Both the position numbers and the translations under genes were made by a program. Shown in pieces: positions 29,432 to 39,350 of a stretch of DNA of 64,000 nt (within the stretch, counting starts at the first letter, position 1; every line of letters starts with the position of its first letter). The notes beneath the pieces were generated by a model, which worked only from the letters and a program-made list of their open reading frames with translations, did not search any database and was not told where the DNA came from. Where the stretch lies: the IMG/VR virus record IMGVR_UViG_3300043436_004687, positions 124,001 through 188,000 of that record. One strand, written 5' to 3'.

Positions 29432-30553
29432 TTATGATTCAGAAGAATCAATTGAAGAATTCTGATCATCCTCAGTTGAATAAATTATAGTTTCATTAAA
29501 ATCAACATTAAGAGCATTATGAATAAATTGTCTATGCTGTTTTTTATATTCATCTAATTCATCTGGATTCCAATATCCGTGTGGAGTTGATGCAATTTTA
29601 CCATTTCTTTCAATTCCATTAACATGATTTTTTTCACATCTAATTTTAACTTCAGTTCCATATTGAAAATCTTGCCCCAAAGCAGTAGCTTTTAATTTTG
29701 TAGTTCCATGTGTTAATATACCACCTAAATGAACTATTAATCTAGAATTAAAAAACATCATTTCACCGCATTTATGTTTAATAACACTACCATTCATATT
29801 ATCCAACCAAATTTTTTGAACACATACAAAAGTGTTAATATATGGACTATGTTCTCTTCTACTTGAAGGAATTCTACTAGTAGTTAATGGTTGAAAAACA
29901 TTCATAGCACCTGCATTCCACTGATTATTAGTTGTTTTAGAAGTTGCTGATTGATAACCATTTAAAGTTCCAATAGAATCCCAAAAAAATGCAATGTTAT
30001 ATGGGAATTCACCTTCAGCTTGTAAATCTAACATTTGGACCATAAATCTATGAACATCCTCAATAACTGGTTCATATCTTTGTACCTTAGATGTATTGGT
30101 ACTTGACTTATAATCATAAGTTTTAAACATATCATACAAATCTTCTGATTTTACAACTGTGAAATTACCATCATAATCAATAATTTCACCAGTTTCAGTA
30201 TCAACTATTTCAGTATATTGCATACCAACATTTCTAGCATGTTCCCAATTAAAATTACCCTCAGTTTCAATTATAATAGGCCAATCACCTATTTTTTGTG
30301 CTCCAGCAATACCTTCATAAAATGCAGTTGATTTACCTGTATTTGAATAACCTCTAACCATACTTACATACCCTCTTGGGAAACCTGGAATTTTTAATGC
30401 ATCATGAAATGCTTTAGATAAAGGAATCCATGTTAATTCTTTATCTTTAGCTGAATTAACTAAACCCAATTTTTCTTTAAATGATTTATTATCAAAAACT
30501 TTTTTCTCAATTGATGTTTTTTTTGGTGGTTTTGTAACTGTTTTTGCTGACAT
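29432..30553 (-). CDS. RecA/UvsX-like recombinase
   Basis: GFPRG, Walker A GYSNTGKST, IETE, FFWDSIG, CEKNH. Confidence 0.82.
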   Translation of the reverse strand: MSAKTVTKPPKKTSIEKKVFDNKSFKEKLGLVNSAKDKELTWIPLSKAFHDALKIPGFPRGYVSMVRGYSNTGKSTAFYEGIAGAQKIGDWPIIIETEGNFNWEHARNVGMQYTEIVDTETGEIIDYDGNFTVVKSEDLYDMFKTYDYKSSTNTSKVQRYEPVIEDVHRFMVQMLDLQAEGEFPYNIAFFWDSIGTLNGYQSATSKTTNNQWNAGAMNVFQPLTTSRIPSSRREHSPYINTFVCVQKIWLDNMNGSVIKHKCGEMMFFNSRLIVHLGGILTHGTTKLKATALGQDFQYGTEVKIRCEKNHVNGIERNGKIASTPHGYWNPDELDEYKKQHRQFIHNALNVDFNETIIYSTEDDQNSSIDSSES

Positions 30554-30582
30554 ATTAATTTTTATAAATATATTTTGTTAAG

Positions 30583-30619
30583 AAAATTAAAGCTAAAACA
30601 ATGTCTTAGCTTTAATTTT
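30583..30619 (-). terminator. probable intrinsic terminator after SSB
   Basis: AAAATTAAAGCTAA...TTAGCTTTAATTTT inverted repeat. Confidence 0.65.
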
Positions 30620-30639
30620 AAAATTATGTGATTTTTTAT

Positions 30640-31548
30640 TTAAAATGGTAAATCTTCCTCTTCTTCATCTGAATTTTGGGAATCAGCATTACTATCATTT
30701 ACCGTAGTATTATTAACTGGAGTTGTTAATGTATTTGCCCCACCACCGATAGTTAATGAATTATTATTATCGTTAGACATATCTTCACCAGCAACTACTG
30801 AATCCTTATCAACGTAACATTCTTTATCTTTATCCCATCTTGGAGTACCTCCCTCAATAATGATTTTTAAATAGTCATAAGGTTTTGCCCCAGCGTAAAC
30901 ATCTTCCCATTTTTCATCATTATCTAACCATTCTTTCATTTTATCTTTATCTAAAGATAATGGACTAGGTGGAAAATTAACCAAACTTTGAACAATTGGT
31001 TTATTTAACTGATCTCTACCAACTGTAATTTGTATATCACTACCAGTATTAGGGTCTGTAATATCACCAGATACCTTAAGTATACCTATAATCTTATCAA
31101 AGATACCATTATTAGCATAACTATGGTTAAATCTCCAAAATTTAATTTTATCCTCATGTTCCCTATCTATTAGTTTAACTACATAAACTAACCTAGCACC
31201 AAATTTATTTGCTAATTTTTTATCATCATCACTACCTTGAGCGTATAATTGTTGTCTAGTTTCACAGAAAGGACAATCTTCTTCATTAGCCCATTTAGGA
31301 CAAACATATTTAGGGTATTCAGTTTTACCATCTACTTTAGTCTCAATTGAATGCATCATTAATTGTTCAATTGCAGAACCACCATCTTTAGATGGTAAAA
31401 TTCTAACTCTCATTGTTTTAGAATTAACACCCTTTTCTAAATAAGTAGAAAAATACTTATCTTTATCATATTCTTTTCTTTCGCTTGTACTTGTTTTTTT
31501 TTGATTAGCCTCATATTGTGCTAACATTTCTTCAATTGCTTTACTCAT
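30640..31548 (-). CDS. single-stranded DNA-binding protein (gp32-like)
   Basis: VRILP, H...CPK...CPFC zinc site, DITDPNTGSD, acidic tail EEEEDLPF. Confidence 0.82.
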   Translation of the reverse strand: MSKAIEEMLAQYEANQKKTSTSERKEYDKDKYFSTYLEKGVNSKTMRVRILPSKDGGSAIEQLMMHSIETKVDGKTEYPKYVCPKWANEEDCPFCETRQQLYAQGSDDDKKLANKFGARLVYVVKLIDREHEDKIKFWRFNHSYANNGIFDKIIGILKVSGDITDPNTGSDIQITVGRDQLNKPIVQSLVNFPPSPLSLDKDKMKEWLDNDEKWEDVYAGAKPYDYLKIIIEGGTPRWDKDKECYVDKDSVVAGEDMSNDNNNSLTIGGGANTLTTPVNNTTVNDSNADSQNSDEEEEDLPF

Positions 31549-31595
31549 TTTTTTTGTTTAATTAATTTTTTTTGTTTATTTGATAATTTATATTG

Positions 31596-31626
31596 CAAAT
31601 ATATGATGACTTTATATTTTTTGCAA
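31596..31626 (-). promoter_or_regulatory. Bacteroidota primary-sigma type promoter upstream of SSB/replication genes
   Basis: TTG-N20-TATATTTG. Confidence 0.7.
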
Positions 31627-31680
31627 CGTTATTTTTTTTATTTTTTTTAAATATTTTTTAATGTATTCTTTTTCAATAAT

Positions 31681-32382
31681 TTATATTTCTTCTTCATCAA
31701 AATCTTCAAACGAATCTCTAACCGCCAAATCGTTAAAATCCTTCTCTATATCATTTTGAGTTAAAACATATTCATTTTTTTCATTATTTTTATCCATAAC
31801 ATCATACTGATTTTCTTTATCTGACCAATAATCGGTTAACTTAACATTAAATGGGAATGAATCTAATGAACGCATTTCTAATTTTTCGACCTCAGTTGGA
31901 TTTCTTTTTTCAATCTCGTGTTCAAGACTATCAATTTTTTTATTTATCAATTCTATTTTAGAAACAGTTGATACTAATTGATCAAATTTTTGGGAAAGTT
32001 GTTGTAATTGTTTATTAGCTAAATCAGAACTCATTTTAGCATCTTCAGTACCCTTAACTAATTCTGTTACATCTAATTCAACAGCATCATCAACAGGTGG
32101 TTCACTCATATTTTGTTGAGGTTCCATATTTGTTGAATCATCTCCAGAAAAATCTATAGGACCATCTGATTGTGGCTCTTCTGATTGTGGCTCTTCTGAT
32201 TGTGGCTCTTCTGACTCAAAATCTTTAGTATCACCTATACCATCTTCCTCGTCCGCTGGCTCTTCTTCACCTAATAAATTATTTGAGGTTTCTTCATAAG
32301 ATTCTGGTACATAAAAATCATATTCAGATAAAATTTTAAATTTTTTAAGTTCTTCACTTAATGTTTTTTTTTCTTTATTCAT
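31681..32382 (-). CDS. acidic coiled-coil protein
   Basis: 233 aa, acidic low-complexity N-half, coiled coil, LEMRSLDSFPF segment. Confidence 0.7.
   Translation of the reverse strand: MNKEKKTLSEELKKFKILSEYDFYVPESYEETSNNLLGEEEPADEEDGIGDTKDFESEEPQSEEPQSEEPQSDGPIDFSGDDSTNMEPQQNMSEPPVDDAVELDVTELVKGTEDAKMSSDLANKQLQQLSQKFDQLVSTVSKIELINKKIDSLEHEIEKRNPTEVEKLEMRSLDSFPFNVKLTDYWSDKENQYDVMDKNNEKNEYVLTQNDIEKDFNDLAVRDSFEDFDEEEI
32165..32214. repeat. 15-bp in-frame tandem repeat x3.3 (EEPQS)
   Basis: TCTGATTGTGGCTCT repeated perfectly three times plus TCTGA. Confidence 0.9.
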
Positions 32383-32388
32383 TTTTAA

Positions 32389-32553
32389 TTAGGTTAATAA
32401 CTGTCTACCATCTTCTGTAATTACTTTTTTATTTATTCTCTCCACAAGACTTTTATCTGTTTTAATTAAAGACTCCCCTTTATTTAAATCTTGTGTTTGT
32501 TTACCTAAAAAATCATCTAATGATTTAGTTAAATCTTTTTTTTCTTCAATCAT
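32389..32553 (-). CDS. small hypothetical protein (54 aa)
   Basis: Below track cutoff: MIEEKKDLTKSLDDFLGK...LVERINKKVITEDGRQLLT*; fills the gap and is preceded by TATTTATA. Confidence 0.65.
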   Translation of the reverse strand: MIEEKKDLTKSLDDFLGKQTQDLNKGESLIKTDKSLVERINKKVITEDGRQLLT

Positions 32554-32608
32554 AATATTATATTATAAATTTGTTATTTATTATAAATAGTTTATTTTTA
32601 TAAAATAA

Positions 32609-33211
32609 TTATTTATTAACCACCGAATAAATATAAGGAACAAATTTTAATTTATTGTCAAATCTTTCTAAATAGTCTTTATACTCCAATAATATTTCAT
32701 TACCAAAAATAAAAATTAAACTATTTTTTTGAATTTTTTTTATAACCTTATCTTTACTATAATCAACCATATCCACTAAATTTAAATCAACCCCAAAAAT
32801 AATATTATCAGAATATATGTATATCATATTATCTTTCATATAAGAAATTGGTTTATCTAATGAAATAATTTTTTTAATAATCTTTTTAATCGTTGGGAAA
32901 TTCATTATTATTAAATCAAGATAAACATATTTAATGTTGGTTATTGAATTTTTAAATGAATATTGTATGAACTTTTCCAAATCATTAAAATAATTTTTTC
33001 TTAATTCTTTTTTTGTGAAAGTCCAAAAAATATTATCTTTAACATTACAACTATTAAAATCTAAATTAACACCAAATAAAGATTTACAGAATTCACAACC
33101 AACGATTAATGTTGGTAAGGATTTGTTACTTATTTCATCTAATGAACTATAAATTTTAAATTCATTACCAATATCAATTTTTCCTTGTGTTATTATATTT
33201 CCAACTTCCAT
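32609..33211 (-). CDS. hypothetical protein (start revised to MEVGNI)
   Basis: The track TTG start lies inside the -7 promoter element; ATG at 33211. Confidence 0.65.
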   Translation of the reverse strand: MEVGNIITQGKIDIGNEFKIYSSLDEISNKSLPTLIVGCEFCKSLFGVNLDFNSCNVKDNIFWTFTKKELRKNYFNDLEKFIQYSFKNSITNIKYVYLDLIIMNFPTIKKIIKKIISLDKPISYMKDNMIYIYSDNIIFGVDLNLVDMVDYSKDKVIKKIQKNSLIFIFGNEILLEYKDYLERFDNKLKFVPYIYSVVNK

Positions 33212-33226
33212 AAATGTTATTTTTTG

Positions 33227-33257
33227 CAAATATACACTTATTTTAATATTTAGACAA
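33227..33257 (-). promoter_or_regulatory. Bacteroidota primary-sigma type promoter
   Basis: TTG-N20-TATATTTG. Confidence 0.65.
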
Positions 33258-33704
33258 TGCTAAATTAAAAACTTGGTATAAATCTTTAAGTGATTTGGTT
33301 TTAAACCCAGCCCAAGTTGGTTTTAAAGATTCTACAACCAAATTAAATTTTTCTTCCACCACTATTTCATCTAAAGTTATATTTTTAACTTTTCTGGAAT
33401 TAATTAATTTAATACATGCATAATCTTGGTTTGTTGAAGTCATTGGTTTGTTTATTTTATTATTTATTTCTAACCAAGTGTTTATAGTAAATTGATATCT
33501 ACCAGAAGCAGTTGAATTTAATTTACTTGAATACCAATCTTTACCCCCATGTATTATATTAGTATTATCAGTCCAACCTACTATTACTCTGGGAATTTTA
33601 CCATCTAAACTAATAACATTGTCATAACCATTATTAGAAACCCCTAATGAACCTTCCGCATAAGCAATAGTATCTAAAAAAGCTTTTTCAATTTTACTTA
33701 ACAT
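33243..33704 (-). CDS. lambda-type lysozyme / lytic transglycosylase
   Basis: AFLDTIAYAEG, STASGRYQF..TW, NQD, TWA motifs. Confidence 0.85.
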   Translation of the reverse strand: MLSKIEKAFLDTIAYAEGSLGVSNNGYDNVISLDGKIPRVIVGWTDNTNIIHGGKDWYSSKLNSTASGRYQFTINTWLEINNKINKPMTSTNQDYACIKLINSRKVKNITLDEIVVEEKFNLVVESLKPTWAGFKTKSLKDLYQVFNLALSKY

Positions 33705-33706
33705 AA

Positions 33707-36700
33707 TTATTTTGTTTTTATATTACCTAAATATTTTAATGGTGTTTTAGGTAGTAATTTAGCGTTGAAATTATCCAATTGACCAGTTTGTGTTGCATTA
33801 AATGTATTTAAATCATTTTCCGATATTTTTTTAACAACCTCTATTGGTGGGTAAAATGACATATGAATATGATTACTATGACCTTCTTCAAATTTAACTA
33901 TACCATTAAAATAATTAATTAAATTATCATCATTTAAATAAATAGTTTTAATTATTTTATTGTCTTTCCACCCCTTATAATTTTTTTGAGTATCTAAGAA
34001 TAATTGAATTAAATTTTTATTACCTTCGGATGAATAATTACCACTACCAACCTCAACTTTTATCTTACCATTAGTTTTAATATTACTAATTGGTCTAAAA
34101 TCAATCGCTAAACCTGCTTTATGGTCAAAACCTTTATGTATTTTTCTACCAGTTTTAGCATCAATTATTTGACCACCATTTATTTGAGATGCACTTGAGA
34201 AATATAACACATCATCAAATGTTTGATTATAATCACCATTATTATTTTTCTTATTCCAAAGGTTTGCAACATATTCTATAAATTTAGCAACCTCTTTAAT
34301 CATATAATCATGATTATTATTACTTTGTCTTTTTAAACCATAATTTTCTTGTATTTTATAAGTTACAAAACTAGAATATTCATTAACATCTATTGGTAAA
34401 CTAACGCCCTCGGTTGAAACACCACTAAGATAATCAAATTGATTTAAAAATATTGTAGTATCATCAATCATTTTTGGTTTTTTAGCTCTAGTTCTAATAC
34501 CAGTAAAATTAGTAATCATAGTATTAGGTGTAATAACATGGTTAACTTTTATTACCATATAAGCACCTCTAAACATTGGTATGTTATTTAATTGAAAGTA
34601 CATCAATGGTTGAATCATAGCATTACCCAACATTTCAACTTTAGTTGTATAACTCCTGTTTATATAAACATCAAATAAATTTTGTCCAATAGAAGATTGG
34701 CTATTATTTATTAAATTATTTGTAATAGTTAATGATTCATCACTGGATGTGTATTCATTTTGCTCTAATTTTATATCCTTAAAAATAGATTGGTCTCCAG
34801 CACCATACTGGACTAAAAAAACGGGAATTGCGTTTTCATTACCAGAATTAAAATCAGCCAATAGTGGTGTTGTTGTACCATCAACATTAAAATCAAATGA
34901 ATCATTTTTGAAATTTATTGAATCACTCAAAGAATTTGATTTTTCGCCAGAATACATACAAATAAATTGTGGTCCACTTGATGTTTCTAATGAATTATAT
35001 GTATATACTTTAAAAACATCTTGAATATCTTTAACATTATTATAATTTATATAAGAAGGTAGTGGAAAAAAATCAAAATTATTATCTGATAAAACTCTAG
35101 ATAAATAATTATAAAAACTTTGATTATAATTATCATTTAATTGGTTAATCATAGGTAATAAATTAACTTTGAACACTTTTTGTATGTCATTATATGAACG
35201 ATCAATAAATTTAAAACTATCATATAGTTCATTATTACCTAATCCAACATATTTTTCTTCCTCACCACAAATCCACTTATCGTAAATAGATTTTATTTTG
35301 ATGTATAAATTTAATTTTATATCATCATTATTTATGTTGGTGAAAAGTTTTTCTTTTAAATCTTTTTCTTGTTTTTCAATAAGAACCTTGTCATCTTTGT
35401 TTAATTTTAAAAATTCATTAAAAAAAGCAATTAAATAATTTTCAATATCAGTTTTAACTACTCTTATAGGTGTATTAGAATTTAAATAAGTAATTTCTTC
35501 ATCCCAAATCCTCCAAGTTGAATTGACTATAACCCTACTCTCATTTAAAAAATTAAACATAGTCTCCACAGCAAAACTATTGTCTTTTAATTCTAAAAAG
35601 AAATTAAAAGGTGAACCTTTATCAGCATTCGCCAATCTAGACTTCAAATCGTTTAGTTGTAACTCTTCTGAAAACCCCTCACTTATTTTCAATAAAACAT
35701 CATAATTACTTTTTATATTTGGGTTTAATATTGAATTATTAAAAACAGCACTATTAAATAATTTTAAATCAGTATTAAAAGAATTCCAAAAAACATGTCT
35801 TTGATTTGATGTTGTGCTTGGTTTAAATATTTCAAACTGTTCTTTAATTAAACCAAAACCATTTGAAACCCAATCATTAAATAATTCAATGAATTCATCT
35901 TTAACCGATTTTGGTAATTTTAAAATTATTTCATCAATATTATTATAACTTCTATTATTAAAACTAAAATTACCATGAGGACCAGCAGTAATAGTGTTTG
36001 AAATTAAAAATTGATAATTATTTGGTGAATTATCTTTTTCAACACCAGGGATAAAACTATAATTTCCATTAGAAAATTTAATAGAAAAATCACCCTTACT
36101 TCTCGATAATAAAGCACCCACAAATAAACACCAAGAATAAGGTGTTTTAATATAACCAGATTTTTGATTGAAGAATTTATTAATTAAATCCTCTCTTAAT
36201 AAACCACTACTATTAAATAAACTACCACCAATTAATCCGTTAAATGGTATTGAATGGAGAAATAAAAAAGCTTTAGCTTTAACACTATTTTGAGAATAAT
36301 ATAAATCAGACCCAAATAAAGAGTAATGTTGAAAATTAGATTTATTATTTGATATTGATTCAAAACCTAAAAAAGGAAAACTATTGTTTTTATTCAAACT
36401 AATATAATCTACAAGATTTAACGACCCTCTTTTTTTAATATAATCGGTAATAGAATAAATACTTAACTCTAATGGATTTTCTTTAATAGAATTAATAGAA
36501 AACAATTTGTTAAAGTTATTATTTACCTTTAATTCACTTGGACAATTATTTGATGAAGAAATATAATCAGGATCATAAAATAATAAATTAGTTGGAAGGT
36601 CACTAAAATTTTTATAATTTACTTTTAAGAATTTATTAGTCACCCCACCATCAATAATGTTAACATTAGCATCAATAGTATTAATTTCAGTATTAACTAT

Positions 36701-39037
36701 CGAATTGACATAATTAAAATAGTTATTATTTAAATCAATATCTTTAACTATTTTAATGTATGTTGAACCATTATCAATATTTGAATTTAATGAACCTACA
36801 TAATTACTAAAAAATAATTTATTATTTTCTCTTAAACTAACCTTATCATTATCTTTAACATTTAAAAAATTACCATAAAAAGATTTATAAGTTTCATTTA
36901 TCGATAATGGAATAAAAGATCTATTTACGTTTGAATTTATGAGATCTATAATATAATTATAAGAATAAACTTCTCTTGTTTCACCAGCTATGTTACTACT
37001 AACTTTTTTAGTAAATATTGATGATTTAATAAAATCAGAATAAATATAACTTTCAGTATAATTTTTAAAATAACTTGTTTCACACAATTTTATTACCCTT
37101 TCACTAAATTCTTTAGGTGAATTTGAAAAATTTTTAAAACCCAGTTTAATTACATCATTTATTATATTAGAATATAAATTATTAGCTTCTAATTTAGCCA
37201 TATTATTAATTTCGGTATTATTTAAAATACCTAATTTATTAGAATACCCTAAATAAATAACAGAACGTAAAATTATTAATAATAAATAATCATCAATTAA
37301 AGCATCATTTTTTAAATAATTATATGAGTTCTCTAAACCAAAAAAATTACTATCAAAAACATTTATTGGTGCCCATTGTTCTTTAATTACTGGAGAATTT
37401 AAAATATCAATCGTTTTTTCATCCTCAATACCAGATTTAATAATACCATTTAATAAATCTTCAATAAATTTAACCTCTGGGATATTAGGTGCAACTTTAC
37501 CTATCCATTTATCTACCATTACACCATCAACTAACTCTGAATAACTTGGGAAAGCTTTTAAATTTTGTTTTTCACCATCAATTACATCTAAAGAATCTAA
37601 ACCAATTTTACTTAAATCAGATAAACGTTGAGTTGGATTATTTTCAGCTAGAAAAGCAACTTCTTTTATACAATCCATAAATATATCAATATGATCACAT
37701 ACTAATTTTATTATATTACCAATTGTTGGTGAAAAATCGGAAGAAGTTTCACTAATTTCATTTATTTCTTGACTTAATTCTGGTAATATAATATTTATTT
37801 GTTCTTCAAGTTCATTAATAAAATTTTCTAAATTATCTAAAACTTTACCAACAAATATAATACTTCCATTATCGGTGGATAAACTTTCTATACCTCTTTC
37901 TAATCTATCAAATTGATTTTCACTTAAATTAAATTCATTTCCTTTATTAAAATCCTCTAAATTATTTGGTATATTGATAAAAAACCCTTCAATCAAATTA
38001 GTTTTTTTATTAATTAAAAAATCATCTTCTCTTAATTCTTTACCAGTTAAATATATATTAACATTCTTAACTAAATCGGATATAGTTTTATTAGTATCAG
38101 CTATTAAATTAGTTATTTTAGAATAAAAAATATCATTCCCATTAGTTCTTCTTATAGTACCAGGAAAATGATAAAAACCATAGTTGAAATTCTCTTCACT
38201 ATTTAATAATAATATTTTTTTATATGAATCTCTAAATTCTTTTAATGGTGAAATAGCCTCATTAATTTTAGCATACTCTTTCACTCTAATATTATTATTT
38301 TTTATATTGTTAATATTAGTATTTATTTGAGTTAATACTGAGTTTAATTCTGAAAAAGAATAATATTTAAAATCTTTATTAAGATTATTTTTTTTCTTTT
38401 CTTCTAATTTAATTTTACCCAATCTTGTATATGAGATACCTTTTAAGTGACCCATCATAATATCACTTAAAAAAGCATAAGTATAACCAATAAAACTACA
38501 TTGTACTTCAAAGTTACCTGAACTATAATCAAAACCACCAGTAAATTTTTGTAGGTGTAATTTATATTTTACAGCCTTACCGTAATAACCCTTTATTGTT
38601 AATTCAAAAATAGGATAAGGTAATTCAAAAAAAACACTGTAAGGTGAATCTTTACCTAATTCAAATAACTTACCTCTAGTATCTGTAAAATTTATAATTA
38701 CAATTGGTGCGTTAGCTGAATTAAATTCAATATTTATATCTTTTATACCTAAAGTTTCTAAATCTTTATTTTTAGAATTAAAATCACTATTCAATTCCGT
38801 ATAATGTGTAGTTAAGTATTTTACATTATTATTTAAATCACTCCCACCCAAAAAAGATATTAAAGTTGGTTTTTCACCTGTGTATATAATAGTTTTATTA
38901 CCTGAAACACCTATAGCACTTCTATTTTTTTTTATCGCAGTTAATTCAACACTTATAGATAATTGTTCTGGCGTTATTACATTATTAACACCAAATTCAG
39001 TGTTTTTATTTGGATCTATTATTTTAATATTACTCAT
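33707..39037 (-). CDS. very large baseplate hub-like protein with C-terminal Zn murein endopeptidase-like domain
   Basis: N-term FFELPYPIFELTIKGYYG; VEMLGNAMIQPLMYFQL..GAYMVIKVNHVI hub-like motif; C-term HKAGLAIDFR...GHSNHIHM. Confidence 0.6.
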   Translation of the reverse strand: MSNIKIIDPNKNTEFGVNNVITPEQLSISVELTAIKKNRSAIGVSGNKTIIYTGEKPTLISFLGGSDLNNNVKYLTTHYTELNSDFNSKNKDLETLGIKDINIEFNSANAPIVIINFTDTRGKLFELGKDSPYSVFFELPYPIFELTIKGYYGKAVKYKLHLQKFTGGFDYSSGNFEVQCSFIGYTYAFLSDIMMGHLKGISYTRLGKIKLEEKKKNNLNKDFKYYSFSELNSVLTQINTNINNIKNNNIRVKEYAKINEAISPLKEFRDSYKKILLLNSEENFNYGFYHFPGTIRRTNGNDIFYSKITNLIADTNKTISDLVKNVNIYLTGKELREDDFLINKKTNLIEGFFINIPNNLEDFNKGNEFNLSENQFDRLERGIESLSTDNGSIIFVGKVLDNLENFINELEEQINIILPELSQEINEISETSSDFSPTIGNIIKLVCDHIDIFMDCIKEVAFLAENNPTQRLSDLSKIGLDSLDVIDGEKQNLKAFPSYSELVDGVMVDKWIGKVAPNIPEVKFIEDLLNGIIKSGIEDEKTIDILNSPVIKEQWAPINVFDSNFFGLENSYNYLKNDALIDDYLLLIILRSVIYLGYSNKLGILNNTEINNMAKLEANNLYSNIINDVIKLGFKNFSNSPKEFSERVIKLCETSYFKNYTESYIYSDFIKSSIFTKKVSSNIAGETREVYSYNYIIDLINSNVNRSFIPLSINETYKSFYGNFLNVKDNDKVSLRENNKLFFSNYVGSLNSNIDNGSTYIKIVKDIDLNNNYFNYVNSIVNTEINTIDANVNIIDGGVTNKFLKVNYKNFSDLPTNLLFYDPDYISSSNNCPSELKVNNNFNKLFSINSIKENPLELSIYSITDYIKKRGSLNLVDYISLNKNNSFPFLGFESISNNKSNFQHYSLFGSDLYYSQNSVKAKAFLFLHSIPFNGLIGGSLFNSSGLLREDLINKFFNQKSGYIKTPYSWCLFVGALLSRSKGDFSIKFSNGNYSFIPGVEKDNSPNNYQFLISNTITAGPHGNFSFNNRSYNNIDEIILKLPKSVKDEFIELFNDWVSNGFGLIKEQFEIFKPSTTSNQRHVFWNSFNTDLKLFNSAVFNNSILNPNIKSNYDVLLKISEGFSEELQLNDLKSRLANADKGSPFNFFLELKDNSFAVETMFNFLNESRVIVNSTWRIWDEEITYLNSNTPIRVVKTDIENYLIAFFNEFLKLNKDDKVLIEKQEKDLKEKLFTNINNDDIKLNLYIKIKSIYDKWICGEEEKYVGLGNNELYDSFKFIDRSYNDIQKVFKVNLLPMINQLNDNYNQSFYNYLSRVLSDNNFDFFPLPSYINYNNVKDIQDVFKVYTYNSLETSSGPQFICMYSGEKSNSLSDSINFKNDSFDFNVDGTTTPLLADFNSGNENAIPVFLVQYGAGDQSIFKDIKLEQNEYTSSDESLTITNNLINNSQSSIGQNLFDVYINRSYTTKVEMLGNAMIQPLMYFQLNNIPMFRGAYMVIKVNHVITPNTMITNFTGIRTRAKKPKMIDDTTIFLNQFDYLSGVSTEGVSLPIDVNEYSSFVTYKIQENYGLKRQSNNNHDYMIKEVAKFIEYVANLWNKKNNNGDYNQTFDDVLYFSSASQINGGQIIDAKTGRKIHKGFDHKAGLAIDFRPISNIKTNGKIKVEVGSGNYSSEGNKNLIQLFLDTQKNYKGWKDNKIIKTIYLNDDNLINYFNGIVKFEEGHSNHIHMSFYPPIEVVKKISENDLNTFNATQTGQLDNFNAKLLPKTPLKYLGNIKTK

Positions 39038-39344
39038 TCAATTGTTTATATTTTTGAACTGCGAATTCATAATTTGATATTACAGATGAAAATGGAAATG
39101 GTATTCTGATTATAGTATTATTTGGTATGTCAAATTCCATACCACCATATTCTGGATTGGCTAACATTATTAACCAACCATGATAAGGATTACCATAATA
39201 ATTTTGACTTACAACATCTAGCCTAGTAATACCAGTTTTATACACAATATTTTTATCAGTTGGTAAATTTGGAATTTCAATAAATGGAATTATTGAAATT
39301 AAATTATTGTTTTTAAAATCACTATATCTATCAACGTATTCCAT
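39030..39344 (-). CDS. baseplate wedge LysM-like protein (gp53 / P2 X-like)
   Basis: RLDVVSQNYYGNP..GWLIMLANP...IRIP. Confidence 0.75.
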   Translation of the reverse strand: MEYVDRYSDFKNNNLISIIPFIEIPNLPTDKNIVYKTGITRLDVVSQNYYGNPYHGWLIMLANPEYGGMEFDIPNNTIIRIPFPFSSVISNYEFAVQKYKQLNE

Positions 39345-39350
39345 TATTTT

